Assembly (NCBI RefSeq): GCF_006345805.1
Contig: NC_043014.1
Coordinates: 49,228,001-49,292,000 of the forward strand
Direction of reading: 5' to 3'
Length of the DNA stretch: 64,000 bases
Origin: Octopus sinensis
Taxonomy: Eukaryota
Numbering within the stretch: the first letter of the stretch is position 1; each line of letters starts with the position of its first letter. Of the stretch, positions 1 to 12,174 are shown piece by piece. The notes below the pieces were generated by a model that ran no database searches, had not been told where the DNA came from, and worked only from the letters and a program-made list of their open reading frames with translations. Position numbers and translations under genes: made by a program.

Positions 1-1517
1 CCTTAGCAATTTCACATAAACACACACACACACCCACAGATTCCTCTCAATGACTTCTAATATCATCAATTCACTGGTCAACATATTTCACTACAGATTG
101 ACAAATGTATTTTCAAGTGCATCGATGTGTGTAAACTAGGTTGCCAAACAGACATGAAACCTGATACCATTGTTCCAACATTTAGCATAAACTCAATGCA
201 GCCTCACTTGGTTAACATTACTTACAAACACAAACAAGCTATTCCAATTTGTTCTCCTCTTTCTTATAATATCTCGTTCATGTCTAACCCCTGCCATTTT
301 CCCAATAAATAAAGGAAATTTATTTCATTTCATAAACTGAAAATATCGGAAAGTTTTCATTAAATATAAATTCGAAAATTTGAAAAGAAATTTAATAGTG
401 ATATGGGGTAATTCGGAGAAAGAGTGCTTGTGGCCTGGTTCTGTGGTTTGGCGCCAGGTAGACGGATAAAGCCTTTGTCCTGTCAATTTTTAGAGAAATT
501 AATGAGTTTGGAAAATACCTCAGACCCTTTTCCGGTCAAGCAAAGTTTAAGAAACCACCCTTTAAAATGCGGTGAGCTGTGAGTTTGTTGGTCAGTTCTG
601 TCTGAGACGGTGAGTTGGCAACAGGTGCAGTCGGGAGTGGCTATGACAGGGATGATAGTCATGGCGAGAAAGACAGGCAGATAGCATTGGGGGCATGTAG
701 AGCGAAAGAGAGGGATTACGGCGAAAAGGCATGGCTATTGTAGTAGGAGTTTGTAACGGTATGTTTTGTTTATGTTTAAATTGTGAACTGTGTTGAAAAG
801 AAAAAGAATTGTGTCAAAAAAAGAGAACTGTGAATTGAGGAAAAGAGGAAGAAAAGAAAGAAAAAAGAACATTGTGTTAAAAAGAAAAAGAAAGAAAGAG
901 AAAGACTTTAATGTTGAACTGTTTCGAACTCTATATTGCATCAAAACATTAATGTTTTGATTGTTTCCGGACGTTCTGTATTGTGCATGCCTTTTGTTGC
1001 TTTCTTTTTTAAATTCTGTTGCAGGTTATTTTCTTAAATGTATCTGATATGTTTCACGTTTTATTTGATGTTGTAATAATTGTATAAACTGTTGTTAAGC
1101 GTTAAGCAATTGCCTTCTGCCGTCTCTCTCTTTTCTTCCTGTTGTTGTTGTTGTTGTTGTTATCTCCAGTCGCCGGTTCGAGTTCGCTGCCATCCCCCAC
1201 AACCGTTTTCTCTGTGGCGGATTCCGTTCGACTGAGCCTGGTGAATCATTGCTCGACTTAGTAGGGTCCCGGGTTCGAGTTGAGCGATGGCAGGTTCGTA
1301 ACAATAGCATTGTGTCTACAATATGCCTGTAACAGCACTGGATTTTCCACAATTGACAATAAAAATTAAAATAAAATAAAAATAAAAGTATACAGTTGTG
1401 TTTGATTGTTGTTTTCCTAAAAATTATTCAAAGAAACAGATGTATAAGAAGAAAACAATGAAAGATGAAAAAAAAAATGGAAATCAGATGAATTTCTGAT
1501 GAATTTGATCTCATAGG

Positions 1518-1730
1518 ATACGTATAAGGGAAGGTGATGAGTTGTATGCAGATCTAATATTGAAGAAACAAACCTTCTAGACTCACAAAATACTTAAACT
1601 AAAATATAAGTGTCATTATAGTGGTGGTTGGCTGCAGAGTTTCAAAGTTCGACGTAACTTAATGTTTCATGTAGTGTATGATGAAAGGTATTCAGTGGAC
1701 AAGAAAGCAGCTGTAAAGGTATTGAAGAGT
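1518..1730 (+). mobile_element. pogo/Tigger-type DNA transposase relic (CENP-B-like HTH region)
   Basis: Manual translation IRIREGDELYADLILKKQTF*THKILKLKYKCHYSGGWLQSFKVRRNLMFHVVYDERYSVDKKAA carries the S.GWL..FK.R motif typical of pogo/Tigger/Jerky HTH domains; internal stop; truncated at a (TA)n tract. Confidence 0.6.
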
Positions 1731-1755
1731 ATTTATATATATATGTATTTATATA

Positions 1756-1798
<43 letters not shown>

Positions 1799-2698
1799 CA
1801 AAAGTATAAAATGAATTATAAATATAATATAACTAAGAACACTAAGGTACGTTTCATGGCTACAATTAAATTTGAATTACAATTAAGTTTAAATTCAATT
1901 GAAATAAATTAAAATTAAAATTATAGTCAATCTTCAGGTTAATGATAATAGTTAAATAAATAAGCAAATAGAGTTAAACAATATTTATTTAAGAAATAAA
2001 TAAAATAATAATTTTTCTTATAGAAAAAACTCCATTATCAAAATTAGAAACTTAAATCATTAGGATTATTTCCTACAACACATTTATTATGTTAAATATT
2101 TATTTTTAGGGTAAAAAAAAAATAGATAGAAATATGTATTTATCTATGAAGATATAATATAGCTTTAAAAAAACATAATAAACTCTCGAATATCTTTAAC
2201 TCAGTTATAGTCCAATATTTAATTACCAAATTATTTAACAAAATAATCACTATTCATATTTTTAAATTTAAGTTCACATCTAATAAATATAAAATATTTA
2301 AAAATAAGTATCTAAAATATAATCAACAAATATAGTAATAAAAATCTAAAATTTACTCTATCAATAAATATAAAGACATATAATGAAAAATAAATTAATT
2401 AATTAGTCCATTATTACTTACATAAATATTATAAATATCAATATAATATATTCATGAAATACATTTAAAAATTAAATTATTTATGTATTGGTTTATGTCT
2501 ATCACTGTTTGAGTTGCATAATAGTGGTTTTATCTCTAATTCATATTTTATATCTCTATACTGTGAAATTTGATTTAATATTAAACTGAATATTTCCCTG
2601 TAAGCTTGGAGTTATACTCCCTAATATTATTATTTATATGTATATATAATCAATAATAATAAAGGGTAAAATTAATTAATAATTAATGATTTTACCAA

Positions 2699-2955
2699 TT
2701 AGTTACGAACCGCTAAGTTACGGGGATGTAAACGCACCAGCATCGGTTGTCAAGCGATGTTGGGAGGACAAACACATACACACACATACATATATATATA
2801 CATATATACGACGGGCTTCTTTCAGTTTCCGTCTACCAAATCTTGGCCCGAAGCTATAGTAAAAGACACTTGCTCAAGGTGCCATGCAGTGGGACTGAAC
2901 TCGGAACCATGTAGTTCGTAACCAAGCTACTTAACACAAAGCCACTCCTACGCCT
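2699..2955 (-). mobile_element. SINE family A (tRNA-headed, internal microsatellite), partial
   Basis: Reverse complement of the AGGAGTGGCTGTGTGGTAAGTAGCTTG head and body seen in about 20 copies in the window. Confidence 0.85.
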
Positions 2956-3098
2956 ATTTAAATAATTTTTTTTTTCTAATTTGATAATATTCGAGGAATT
3001 TATATGACTCACTATTTGCTTTCCGTTTCGTTTTTAGTTGTTTCTGGTTTCTAGGTATTTAATAAACGTATCCAGGTTACTCGTTTATAAATGACATT

Positions 3099-3128
3099 GG
3101 ATCTTTTCGGTTTGAACGGCAGTTTTTT
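3099..3128. mobile_element. Solo terminal inverted repeat of the Merlin-like MITE family
   Basis: GGATCTTTTCGGTTTGAACGGCAGTTTT matches the TIR of the element at 20136-20540. Confidence 0.6.
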
Positions 3129-3142
3129 AAAATAATTTACAC

Positions 3143-3311
3143 GTAGGAGTGGCTGTGTGGTAAGTAGCTTGTTTACCAACCACATGGTTTTGGGTTCAGT
3201 CCCACTGTGTGGCACCTTGGGCAAGTGTCTTCTACCATAGCCTCGGGCCGACCAAAGCCTTGTGAGTAGATTTGGTAGACAGAAACTGAAAGAAGCCTGT
3301 CGTATATATGT
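3143..3311 (+). mobile_element. SINE family A, 5' half
   Basis: Head with A-box (TGGCTGTGTGG) and B-box-like GGTTCAGTCC; stops at its (TA)n where the composite satellite begins. Confidence 0.85.
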
Positions 3312-4281
3312 ATTTTTCACCGAAAAATTTTCCGAAAATTTTACTCAAAAATTTTTCGAAAATTTTCTCAAAAAATTTTTCGAAAATTTTCCCCAAAAAT
3401 TTATTGAAAATTTTTACTGAAAATTTTACCAAAAAAGTGTTGAAAATTTTCTCCACGAACTTTTCGAAAATTGGCACCGCTGGCTTTCCATACTTTGTGA
3501 TTTGGGCACCGCTGGCTTTCCATACTTTGTGATTTTGGCACCGCTGACCTTCCATACTTTGTGATTTTGGCACCGCTGGCCTTCCATACTTCCCCAAAAA
3601 TTTTTCGAAAATTTTACTCAAAAATTTTTCGGATATTTTCACCAAAAATTTTTCGAAAATTTTACCTAAAAATTTTACGAAAATTTTTACCAAACCTTTT
3701 CACCGAAAAATTCACCCAAAAATTTTTCGTAAAAATTTTCCGAAAATTTTCCCCAAAGATTTTTCGAAAATTTTCTCGAAAAAATTCACTGAAAATTTTA
3801 TCGAAAATTTTCCCCAAAAATTTTTCAAAAATTTTTGCCGAAAATTTTACTAAAAAATCTTTTCGAAAATTGGCATCGCTGGCTTTCCATACTTTGTGAT
3901 TTGGGCACCGCTGGCTTTCCATACTTTGTGATTTGGACACCGCTGGCTTTCCATACTTTGTAATTTTGGCACCGCTGGCCTTCCATACTTTGTGATTTTG
4001 GCACCGCTGGCCTTCCATACTTTTCCCTAAAAGTTTTTCGAAAATTTTCCCCAAGAATTTTTCGAAAATTTTACCTAAAAATTTTCCGAAAAGTTTACCC
4101 AAAAATTCTTCAAATATTTTCATGAAAAATTTTTCGAATATTTTCACCGAAAATTTTACCCAAAACTTTTTCGAAAATTTTCACCAAAAATTATACGGAA
4201 ATTTTCACGGAAAATTTTCCCCAAAAATACTTTGAAGATTTTCACGGAAAATTTTCCCAAAAAATTTTTCGAAAATTTCCA
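3312..4281. repeat. Composite satellite: about 24-bp A/T-tract units alternating with two blocks of a 32-bp unit
   Basis: GAAAATTTTCCCCAAAAATTTTTC-like units; 32-bp unit GGCACCGCTGGCTTTCCATACTTTGTGATTTT starts at 3473, 3505, 3537, 3569 and 3872, 3904, 3936, 3968, about 4000. Confidence 0.9.
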
Positions 4282-5137
4282 GAAATGGCTGGATTAAATG
4301 CTAGAGTTAAGCCCACTTTCACTATCAAAGCAGGGATTAGCTTAGGGGTCCCATGACTAAATGTTTTTGGGGACTATCTATCTTTTATCCTTTTCTTGTT
4401 TCAGTCATTGGACTGTGGTCATCCTGGGGCTCTCTCTTTAAGGGTTTATTACATATACATTAGCAATAAGTAGATATCAGTTATTAGGGGTCAGTTACAG
4501 TGACCTGGTAAACTTGAAATGCCAGTAGTGATGGTCATTATAATAGAGGACAGCTGATCTGTTGATGTCAGTGTTGGATGGTCAAGAAATATAATGACCA
4601 GCTGAATGGTAAAAATACAATTTTCATTCTGATATTTTGTTTATTATATTGTCTATTTTGCTGTGGTAGTAAAGGTCAGACGAATAAATATTACTAAAGC
4701 ATTGCTTTACAGTCTGATGCCCGTCCTGTCATTAAAGACACTTACTTCACATGCTTGTAACTGAGACATTTTTCTTTCTTTTTCCATCTCTTCTGCAACA
4801 AAGAAAAACAGGAATTCTTCTGATTTTCATTTATGCATTACACTTTACCATTTCTCACTCTCTTTCTCCGTAATTGTGTGTGCAATTACACACACACACA
4901 CAAAACATGTATGTATGAATGGATGGATGAATGGGTGAAAGAATGAATAAAATGTCAATTGCCTTAGTGTGTAGCATGTCTGCACAATTTATGGTGTGTC
5001 TGGATTATGATTCCAGTAGGCACTGAAAAACATTTTTGTCCAACCCATGCAAGCATGGAACATGATTATATGCATACATGTGTATATATATATATATATA
5101 CACATACACACACACACACATATATATATATATACAT

Positions 5138-5293
5138 AGGAGTGGCTGTGTGGTAAGTAGCTTGCTAACCAACCACATGGTTCCGGGTTGTCCCACTGCA
5201 TGGCATCTTGGGCAAGTGTCTTCTGCTATAGCCCCGGGCCGACCAATGCCTTGTGAGTGGATTTGGTAGACGGAAACTGAAAGAAGCCTGTCG

Positions 5294-5330
<37 letters not shown>

Positions 5331-5520
5331 TTGTGTGTCCCCCTAGCATTGCTTGACAACCGATGGTGGTGTGTTTACATCCCCGTCACTTAGCGGTTCG
5401 GCAAAAGAGACCGATAGAATAAGTACTGGGCTTACAAAGAATAAGTCCCGGGGTCGATTTGCTCGACTAAAGGCGGTGCTCCAGCATGGCCGCAGTCAAA
5501 TGACTGAAACAAGTAAAAGA
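5138..5520 (+). mobile_element. SINE family A, full length
   Basis: tRNA-like head, central (TA)n(TG)n, 3' end CCAGCATGGCCGCAGTCAAATGACTGAAACAAGTAAAAGA. Confidence 0.9.
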
Positions 5521-5557
5521 GAAAGAAAGAGAAATACATATAAATACATAACAAAGA

Positions 5558-5842
5558 CCATCCGATCGTGGCCGTTGCCAGCCTCCGTGCCGGTGGCACG
5601 TAAAAAGCACCATCCGAGCGTAGCCATTCACCAGCCTCATCTGGCACCTGTGTCGGTGGCACATAAAAAGCACTCACTACACTCACGGAGTGGTTGGCGT
5701 TAGGAAGGGCATCCAGTTGTAGAAACACCGCCAGATCTGACTGGCCTGGTGCAGCCTTCGGGCTTCCCAGACCCCAGTTGAACCGTCCAACCCATGCTAG
5801 CATGGAAAGCGGACGTTAAATGATGATGATGATGATGATGAT
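5558..5842 (+). mobile_element. RTE LINE 3' UTR fragment with (GAT)n tail
   Basis: Matches the 3' UTR that follows the RT C-terminus at 33390-34021 and 36050-36955. Confidence 0.8.
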
Positions 5843-6141
5843 ATATATATATTAATTGCAAGTAAGCCTTCATCTTTACCTGCCATATTCTTTATATTTT
5901 ATGACTGCAGCATTTCTTTCAAACAGTTGGGTGTAATTTGTGTTAGATTTGGCTGTTATTTTTAGCAGGCTGAGTGATCCCGTTGACTTGCCAGTCACAA
6001 AGCTGTACATAATTGTCATTTAGTTTGTCACACACACATCCGGAGACATGCACACAGACTCACATCATAACACATTCAAAGCCCTTACCAGTTGTCTTCC
6101 TTCCATCATCAGTGAGGCAGCATCAACAGGAAATACTCCTT

Positions 6142-6480
6142 TACTCTTTTACTTGTTTCAGTCATTTGACTGCGGCCATGCTGGAGCACCGCCTTTAATC
6201 GTGCAACTCGACCCCGGGACTTATTCTTTTGTAAGCCCAGTACTTATTCTATCGGTCTCTTTTGCCGAACCGCTAAGTTACGGGGACAAACACAGACACG
6301 CATATATATATATATACGACAGGCTTCTTTCAGTTTCCGTCTACCAAATCCAGTCACAAGGCTTTGGTCGGCCCGAGGCTATAGTAGAAGACACTTGCCC
6401 AAGGTGCCACGCAGTGGGAATGAACCCAGAACCATGTGGCTGGTAAGCAAGCTACTTACCACACAGCCACTCCTGCGCCT
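6142..6480 (-). mobile_element. SINE family A
   Basis: Near full-length reverse-complement copy. Confidence 0.9.
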
Positions 6481-6751
6481 ATACTGTAGAGAAACACTTC
6501 TCTGCCTCCTTCCACTGCTGCTCCTGTTCTTGTAGTGTATCCCATTGCATTGTTCTGCCTCTGGACTCGGGAAAAGAGACAATCAACATAATTATCCTTC
6601 TAACCAAACCAGAGACGGAGGGAAAACTTTTCTCCTGGAACTGAATCAAGACTTGAAGTCTGCTTCCACAGCGATGTCCTGATAAATTGTTTTTTAACGT
6701 GGCAAATGAAAGACATGCTTTGACACGGCAATAGAACTAGTTAGCTAACAA

Positions 6752-7028
6752 GATATGTTTCTTTATTAGCCACACAGGGCTGCACACAGACAGAACAAAT
6801 TACAAGGTAGAGCTTTTCTTTTGGAGGTAAAAAAAAGGGGGTTGGTTTTTGATCAAAGGGGATCGTAAAAGGAAAGAAAGAGGACAAAAAAGGGGGGGGG
6901 AGGGAAAAAATTTATCAATAGGGATCGTAATCACAGAAATGTCAATATGAAGTGTAAAGGGGAGGACAGGTGAGGTTTACCTGTGGAAAGAAAAGCCTAC
7001 GGAAAAGACCACGGTAACCTCGGTCAAT
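6752..7028 (-). mobile_element. Probable LINE 3' end (L1/Tx1-like)
   Basis: Minus strand ends ...GTGTGCAGCCCTGTGTGGCTAATAAAGAAACATA, resembling the SINE B tail and the AATAAAGAAA end of the insertion at 24241-24654; no ORF recognised. Confidence 0.35.
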
Positions 7029-7727
7029 GAAGTCACATGTTATATTTCTTTTTTTTTTTTTTTGCAAATAAGCAACTCTCTGTATTAATTTTTACGGTTC
7101 ATAGAATCATAGTCAAGGTGGTTTCATCATTCATACGTGCCATCCTTGCTACATTCACCCATCTTTTTTTAAAACATTCACTAGACAAAACTTGCCTCTC
7201 TACTCTCACTTTCCTCTTCAAGTGATAGGATAGATAACTATATGAATAGGTATATAGACAGATAGATACATAAAGAGGGAGAGAGAGAGAAGGAGTTGTG
7301 ACATTTAAGTGACAGTATTAACCTAAATAACACCAAAGTTATACAGGAATATGGTGCCAGAGTTAAACAGAGACAAAGGGGAGTGTAAGACAAGATGTTT
7401 TTTTAAGTAAAAAAACAAGATGAAATTTTAAAACAAATTATTTTTTATATATAATGTAAAGGATTTCTCGATTGAGTATTTTATTATAAAGTCAGTAGTT
7501 AGACATGGTCAATTAATAATAAATTATAATAGATAACCTAATGGTTAATGAATAAAAAAAAAGTTGGTTAAACAATATCAGCTTTCAGGCAGTCAAAAAT
7601 AAAACTGATGAAATTATAACAAAACACACACACATATACATAGATTCATATACAAACACACACAGATCTCTCTATATATGCGAGTCTGCCAGCATGGAAA
7701 ACGAATGTTAAAGGATGATGATAATGC

Positions 7728-7767
<40 letters not shown>

Positions 7768-7792
7768 CATATACACATATACATAAATATGC

Positions 7793-7823
<31 letters not shown>

Positions 7824-7984
7824 ATAAATATGCTATCATCATCATCATCATCATCATCGTTTAGCGTCCGTTTTCCATGCTAGCATGGGTTGGGTTGGAC
7901 GATATATATATATATATATATCGCCATGTTGATTTGCTAGCCTCTGCATGCATTTTTTTTCTCTCCGTGTTTCTTTTCTGTGTA

Positions 7985-8022
7985 TCTTTCTGTCGAAGAG
8001 CGTAGGCTCGAAACGTAAAAGA
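7985..8022 (+). ncRNA. Minimal type I hammerhead-ribozyme-like motif (variant core)
   Basis: TCTTT-CTGTCGA-A-GAGC/GTAG/GCTC-GAAA-CG-T-A-AAAGA: stems I and II pair perfectly and stem III is the palindrome ACGT; core differs from CUGANGA at A6. Confidence 0.45.
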
Positions 8023-8112
8023 CTTGTCTTATTTATATTCCTGAGTGGAATCCCCAATGGGGGTTTTATAAGCCTTAAAAATTCACTGATACTGCTTAGA
8101 AGCATAGTGTTG

Positions 8113-8800
8113 TGGATAATGGCGCTGGTTAATGCAGTGCAGTCACTAAGAGACTCTGAGTTCAATCCTAGCCAAGGCACTAAAGTGAATTATATGAAAC
8201 TTGAAGAAGGCTATAGTGCATACAACTGGATAATGGCGCTGGTTAATGCAGTGCAGTTACCAGGAGGCTCTGAGTTCAGTCCTAGCCAAGGCACTAAAGT
8301 GAAATATATGAAACTTGAAGAAGGCTATAGTGCATACAACTGGATAATGGCGCTGGTTAATGCAGTGCAGTTACCAGGAGGCTCTGAGTTCAGTCCTAGC
8401 CAAGGCACTAAAGTGAAATATATGAAACTTGAAGAAGGCTATAGTGCATACAACTGGATAATGGCGCTGGTTAATGCAGTGCAGTTACCAGGAGGCTCTG
8501 AGTTCAGTCCTAGCCAAGGCACTAAAGTAAAATATATGAAACTTGAAGAAGGCTATAGTGCATACAACTGGATAATGGCGCTGGTTAATGCAGTGCAGTT
8601 ACCAGGAGGATCTGAGTTCAGTCCTAGCCAAGGCACTAAAGTGAAATATATGAAACTTGAAGAAGGCTATAGTGCATACAACTGGATAATGGCGCTGGTT
8701 AATGCAGTGCAGTAACCAGGAAGCTCTGAGTTCAGTCCCAGTCAAGGTACAAAAGTGAATCACATGAAACCCGAAGAAGGCTGGAGTGCGTGCAACTGGA
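8113..8800. repeat. 114-bp tandem array, 6 copies
   Basis: TGGATAATGGCG starts at 8113, 8227, 8341, 8455, 8569, 8683; inner copies nearly identical, outer copies diverged; 38-aa periodicity in ORF 7948-8715. Confidence 0.95.
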
Positions 8801-8916
8801 ATGTAGTGGAAGCAACAATTAAGATGAAGACACCACTTTGATTAGAATATAATATAAAATTCCCAATCGTAGAAATATAAACAACCTCAGCCAAAGTCCT
8901 AAAGCGAATCACAAGA

Positions 8917-8957
8917 CACCCGAGGAAAGCTGGAGTGTATACAGCTGAAACGTAGTG
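8917..8957 (+). ncRNA. Minimal type I hammerhead-ribozyme-like motif (variant core)
   Basis: CAC-CCGAGGA-A-AGCTG/GAGTGTATA/CAGCT-GAAA-CG-T-A-GTG: all stems pair; core has U4C. Confidence 0.45.
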
Positions 8958-8995
8958 AAAAGCAACAATCAAGACAAAGATACCAGTCTGCCTAA

Positions 8996-9392
8996 TCTTT
9001 ATATATAAAAGTAAGGTTGTCTGTCTGTCTCCTACGATTTAGATTCCTAGCTACTCCCACATTTTGCGGTGCAGTTTAACCAAAAGCGGGTATCTTATAG
9101 TCGTGATTCATATCGAGCCCTTCTGGGTATTAGCGCGTGTCTACGATGAGGCTACGATTTAAAAAAAAATTTACCATAATTTTTTCCCATTTTAATGCAT
9201 TTTTTTGCTATTATATAAGGGAAGTAACTCTCTAAAAATGTATTATTAAATCTCAGAACGTAAAAAGCTACAGTAACATCCCCCACCTTTGTGGTTAGCC
9301 ATATTGAGATGGCTATTATACTTTACTTCTCTAAAAATACTTATATAGTTATTTCCCTTACAAACCCGAGTAACGCTGGGCGATACTGCTAG
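8996..9392 (+). mobile_element. Non-autonomous Helitron
   Basis: A|TC...TATATAAAAG 5' end, subterminal GC hairpin CCCGAGTAACGCTGGG, CTAG|T 3' end, no TSD. Confidence 0.75.
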
Positions 9393-10152
9393 TACATAAT
9401 ATAAAATTCCTCATCTCAGAAATACAGAATTGTATGAACGGTATTGATTCAGAGGAAGAAGTAGATGGGAGTTGTGGAGATGCAAAAACTATAACTAACA
9501 TCATGGCAACTACAACAGCCACGATGGACAACCAAAACTGTTCCACAATCACAACTTGACAGGGATATTTACCATTCTGATACACTGATATTTGACAGAT
9601 GTTCTTTGTTGTAAACCAACTTCAAATGTTTTTTTTTCCCCTTTGTATGAGAATTCAGCTGTAATATGTTGACAATGCTGACATCTTTCTCCCCCATTCT
9701 CATTTTTTACCTATTGAAATATTTTGATAAAGTGTAACTTGATAAGGATCCATGTTGGCACGAGTCAGACAGAATCTGTTAAAGGAATTTTATACAGCCA
9801 GATGTCCTTTCCGACACCAACTTCCGCCTGTTTCCACGGTAATATTTCTCCATGGTAGAAATGAATAACATCATCACTTGTATGATGACTCATTTACAAT
9901 CATCAAATGCTATCACAACAAGGGTACGCACTAACACACACGGGATGGGCTTCTTCCAGTTTCCACCTCCTAAATCTATTCACAAAACTGTGGTTGGCTT
10001 GGGATATAGTAAAAAAAAAAACCTTGCCCAAGATGTAGCAGAGGGGGATTCAACCCAAGACGATATGGTAGAGAAGCAAACTCCTCAACCACACAGCCAG
10101 ACCAGCACTTGAACTAAATGGACAAAAAAAATTGAATTAAAATAAAATAGAT

Positions 10153-10556
10153 AGGCGTAGGAGTGGCTGTGTGGTAAGTAGCTTGCTTACCAACCACATG
10201 GTTCCGGGTTCAGTCCTACCTTGGGCAAGTGTCTTCTACTATAGCATTGGACCGACCAAAGCCTTGTGAGTGGATTTGGTAGACGGAAACTGAAAGAAGC
10301 CTGTTGTATATATGTATATATATATATATATATGTATGTGTATGTATATGTTTGTGTGTCTGTGTTTGTCTCCTAAACATCGCTCGACAACCGATGCTGG
10401 TGTGTTTACGTCCCCGTAACTTAGCGGATTGGCAAAAGAGACTGATAGAATAAGTACAAGGCTTACAAAGAATAAGTCCCGGGGTCGATTTGCTCGACTA
10501 AAGGTGGTGCTCCAGCATGGCTGCAGTCAAATGACTGAAACAAGTAAAAGAGTAAA
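10153..10556 (+). mobile_element. SINE family A, full length
   Basis: Head, microsatellite and tail all present. Confidence 0.9.
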
Positions 10557-11060
10557 AAATATAAAAAAACATACAGTAATGCTAATGAGATCAGCAGTGA
10601 TGTAATATAAGTTTATATCCATCGTCTGAAGATAAAAACAACCAGTTTTAGGGCAGAATTTTGGGAGAAGTTGAAAAATTTGTGAAATATAAGTTTTAGA
10701 TAAACAAGGGATTTTTGCCACTTTCCATACTATGGAGACAGAACTGTTTTAAAGAATATCAACTGCAATAAATGGTCTTTATACAATAGTAAGTTCAATA
10801 TGTTTTAGAAAGAAAACACTAGAGTTCCTTGCAAAGAATGTAGGTCTTGTAAACAAGACAATAGACAACCTCACTTCTTCTTTGCCCTTCATTTTGAAAA
10901 TGGTTTTGGAATATTATGCTGCTTCTCAGAGAAGTGCAATGATTTGCAGCTGGCTATACCAAAATACAGACCACAGAGACTTTGGGGAGATAGAGAAATG
11001 GTCTTTGGTATTTCATAATAAAATTTTCCACGTTTCAATAATAATTACAAACATAAAATA

Positions 11061-11288
11061 TCAGACTTTCTTTGGAACGTGCGCAAGAATTGGCTTTGGT
11101 CGTGTTTTGAACAGCAATTTTGTTTTTATGAGGGCCTCCACTCCATATTCGGTTGCTCTCTTTGCTGAGTCATCATCCGTCTCTTCACTTGTTTCAAGAT
11201 GGCGCCGAGTCAAAACAGCAAAAGGTTTCTCAAGTTGCATCTTTTTTCCGTAGAGGATATGGTGGCCAATGATAAGAACAGGTTGTTC
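11061..11288 (-). CDS. CHTF8: Chromosome transmission fidelity protein 8, coding exon 3 (last)
   Basis: TTTTCAG acceptor; [26 protein letters not shown]...[23 protein letters not shown], matching the Ctf8 C-terminus (human ...[19 protein letters not shown]). Confidence 0.95.
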   Translation of the reverse strand, partial: EQPVLIIGHHILYGKKMQLEKPFAVLTRRHLETSEETDDDSAKRATEYGVEALIKTKLLFKTRPKPILAHVPKKV

Positions 11289-11641
11289 CTGAAAACAGAG
11301 ATCAAATCTATTTAGTAATTGATTATTGAGATGTCATCTCTCTCTCTTTCCCTTCCCCTCTTTCATTCTCCTGTTTACTGTATCACCATCTGTCACCATC
11401 ACTATTTCTGCCGTTTTGCACCACCAGACATCCCCTGCTCAGTCCTGGGCCCCATTCATTCTTACACAATTTTCTAACCTATTTCTATTGTTTTCCAGCT
11501 CCATCCAATCACAGTCTTTCTTACAAAATGAGACTAGTCCTTTGGCTCCTCTTCAGCAAGAAACCCTTTCTCATGCTTGACCCCTACCTATATTTATCAC
11601 CTCCCAGCATAAAGTTGCTCTCATGAGATTCACAGTTTTAA

Positions 11642-11860
11642 CCCTTTCGTTACCAACCCGGCTGAAACCGGCTCTGGCTCTGTAGTACAAATGTCTTGTT
11701 TTCATGTGTTGAATTAAAATCTTCTACCAAACCTTAGTCACAATTTATGTTCCTAACACTAGCTGAATGATCACTAAGTTATTTTACTAAATTCTTTGTT
11801 ATATTTAAAGTAATTGAAAGAAACACAGAACATCTCAAAATAAATACAGTAATGAAAGTG
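11642..11860. mobile_element. piggyBac-type MITE
   Basis: TTAA flanks, TIR CCCTTTCGTTAC...GTAATGAAAGTG; four similar copies in the window. Confidence 0.8.
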
Positions 11861-12174
11861 TTAAAATTGCAGGGTGACATCACCTGAGCTGCTGGCGTGA
11901 AAAAAAAGCACCCAGTACACACTGTACAATTGTTGATATTAGGGAGAACATCCATCTGTAGAAATCATGCCAAAGCAGACACTGGAGCATGGGGCAGGAC
12001 CTCTCAGCTGAGTGAGTTAGTGGAACCAAGATTGTCCATGCCAGTGGCATGTAAAAAGCACCTCTCAAGAGTTGGGCCTCATGGAGGCTATGACAAATAA
12101 CGAAGACCCTCGGCAATATGTCGTGCTTGAGGAAAGGACCCATCAGGCGACGTGAAATTGGTGTGGTAGATACT

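Noticed and set aside
3473-4022. 32-bp repeats as a CRISPR array
   Set aside because: Units abut with no unique spacers; the context is eukaryotic and there are no cas genes.
3232-4147. KIFEKFLG-repeat ORFs
   Set aside because: Translations of the 24-bp satellite, open in several frames on both strands.
7948-8715. 255-aa ORF with 38-aa repeats as a protein gene
   Set aside because: The frame stays open because the unit is 114 bp (3n) and stop-free; copy 6 has a stop, the N-terminus is low-complexity and there is no splice context or domain similarity.
10600-11060. CTF8 polyadenylation site
   Set aside because: No clear AATAAA or ATTAAA found on the minus strand close to the stop, so the 3' end was not called.
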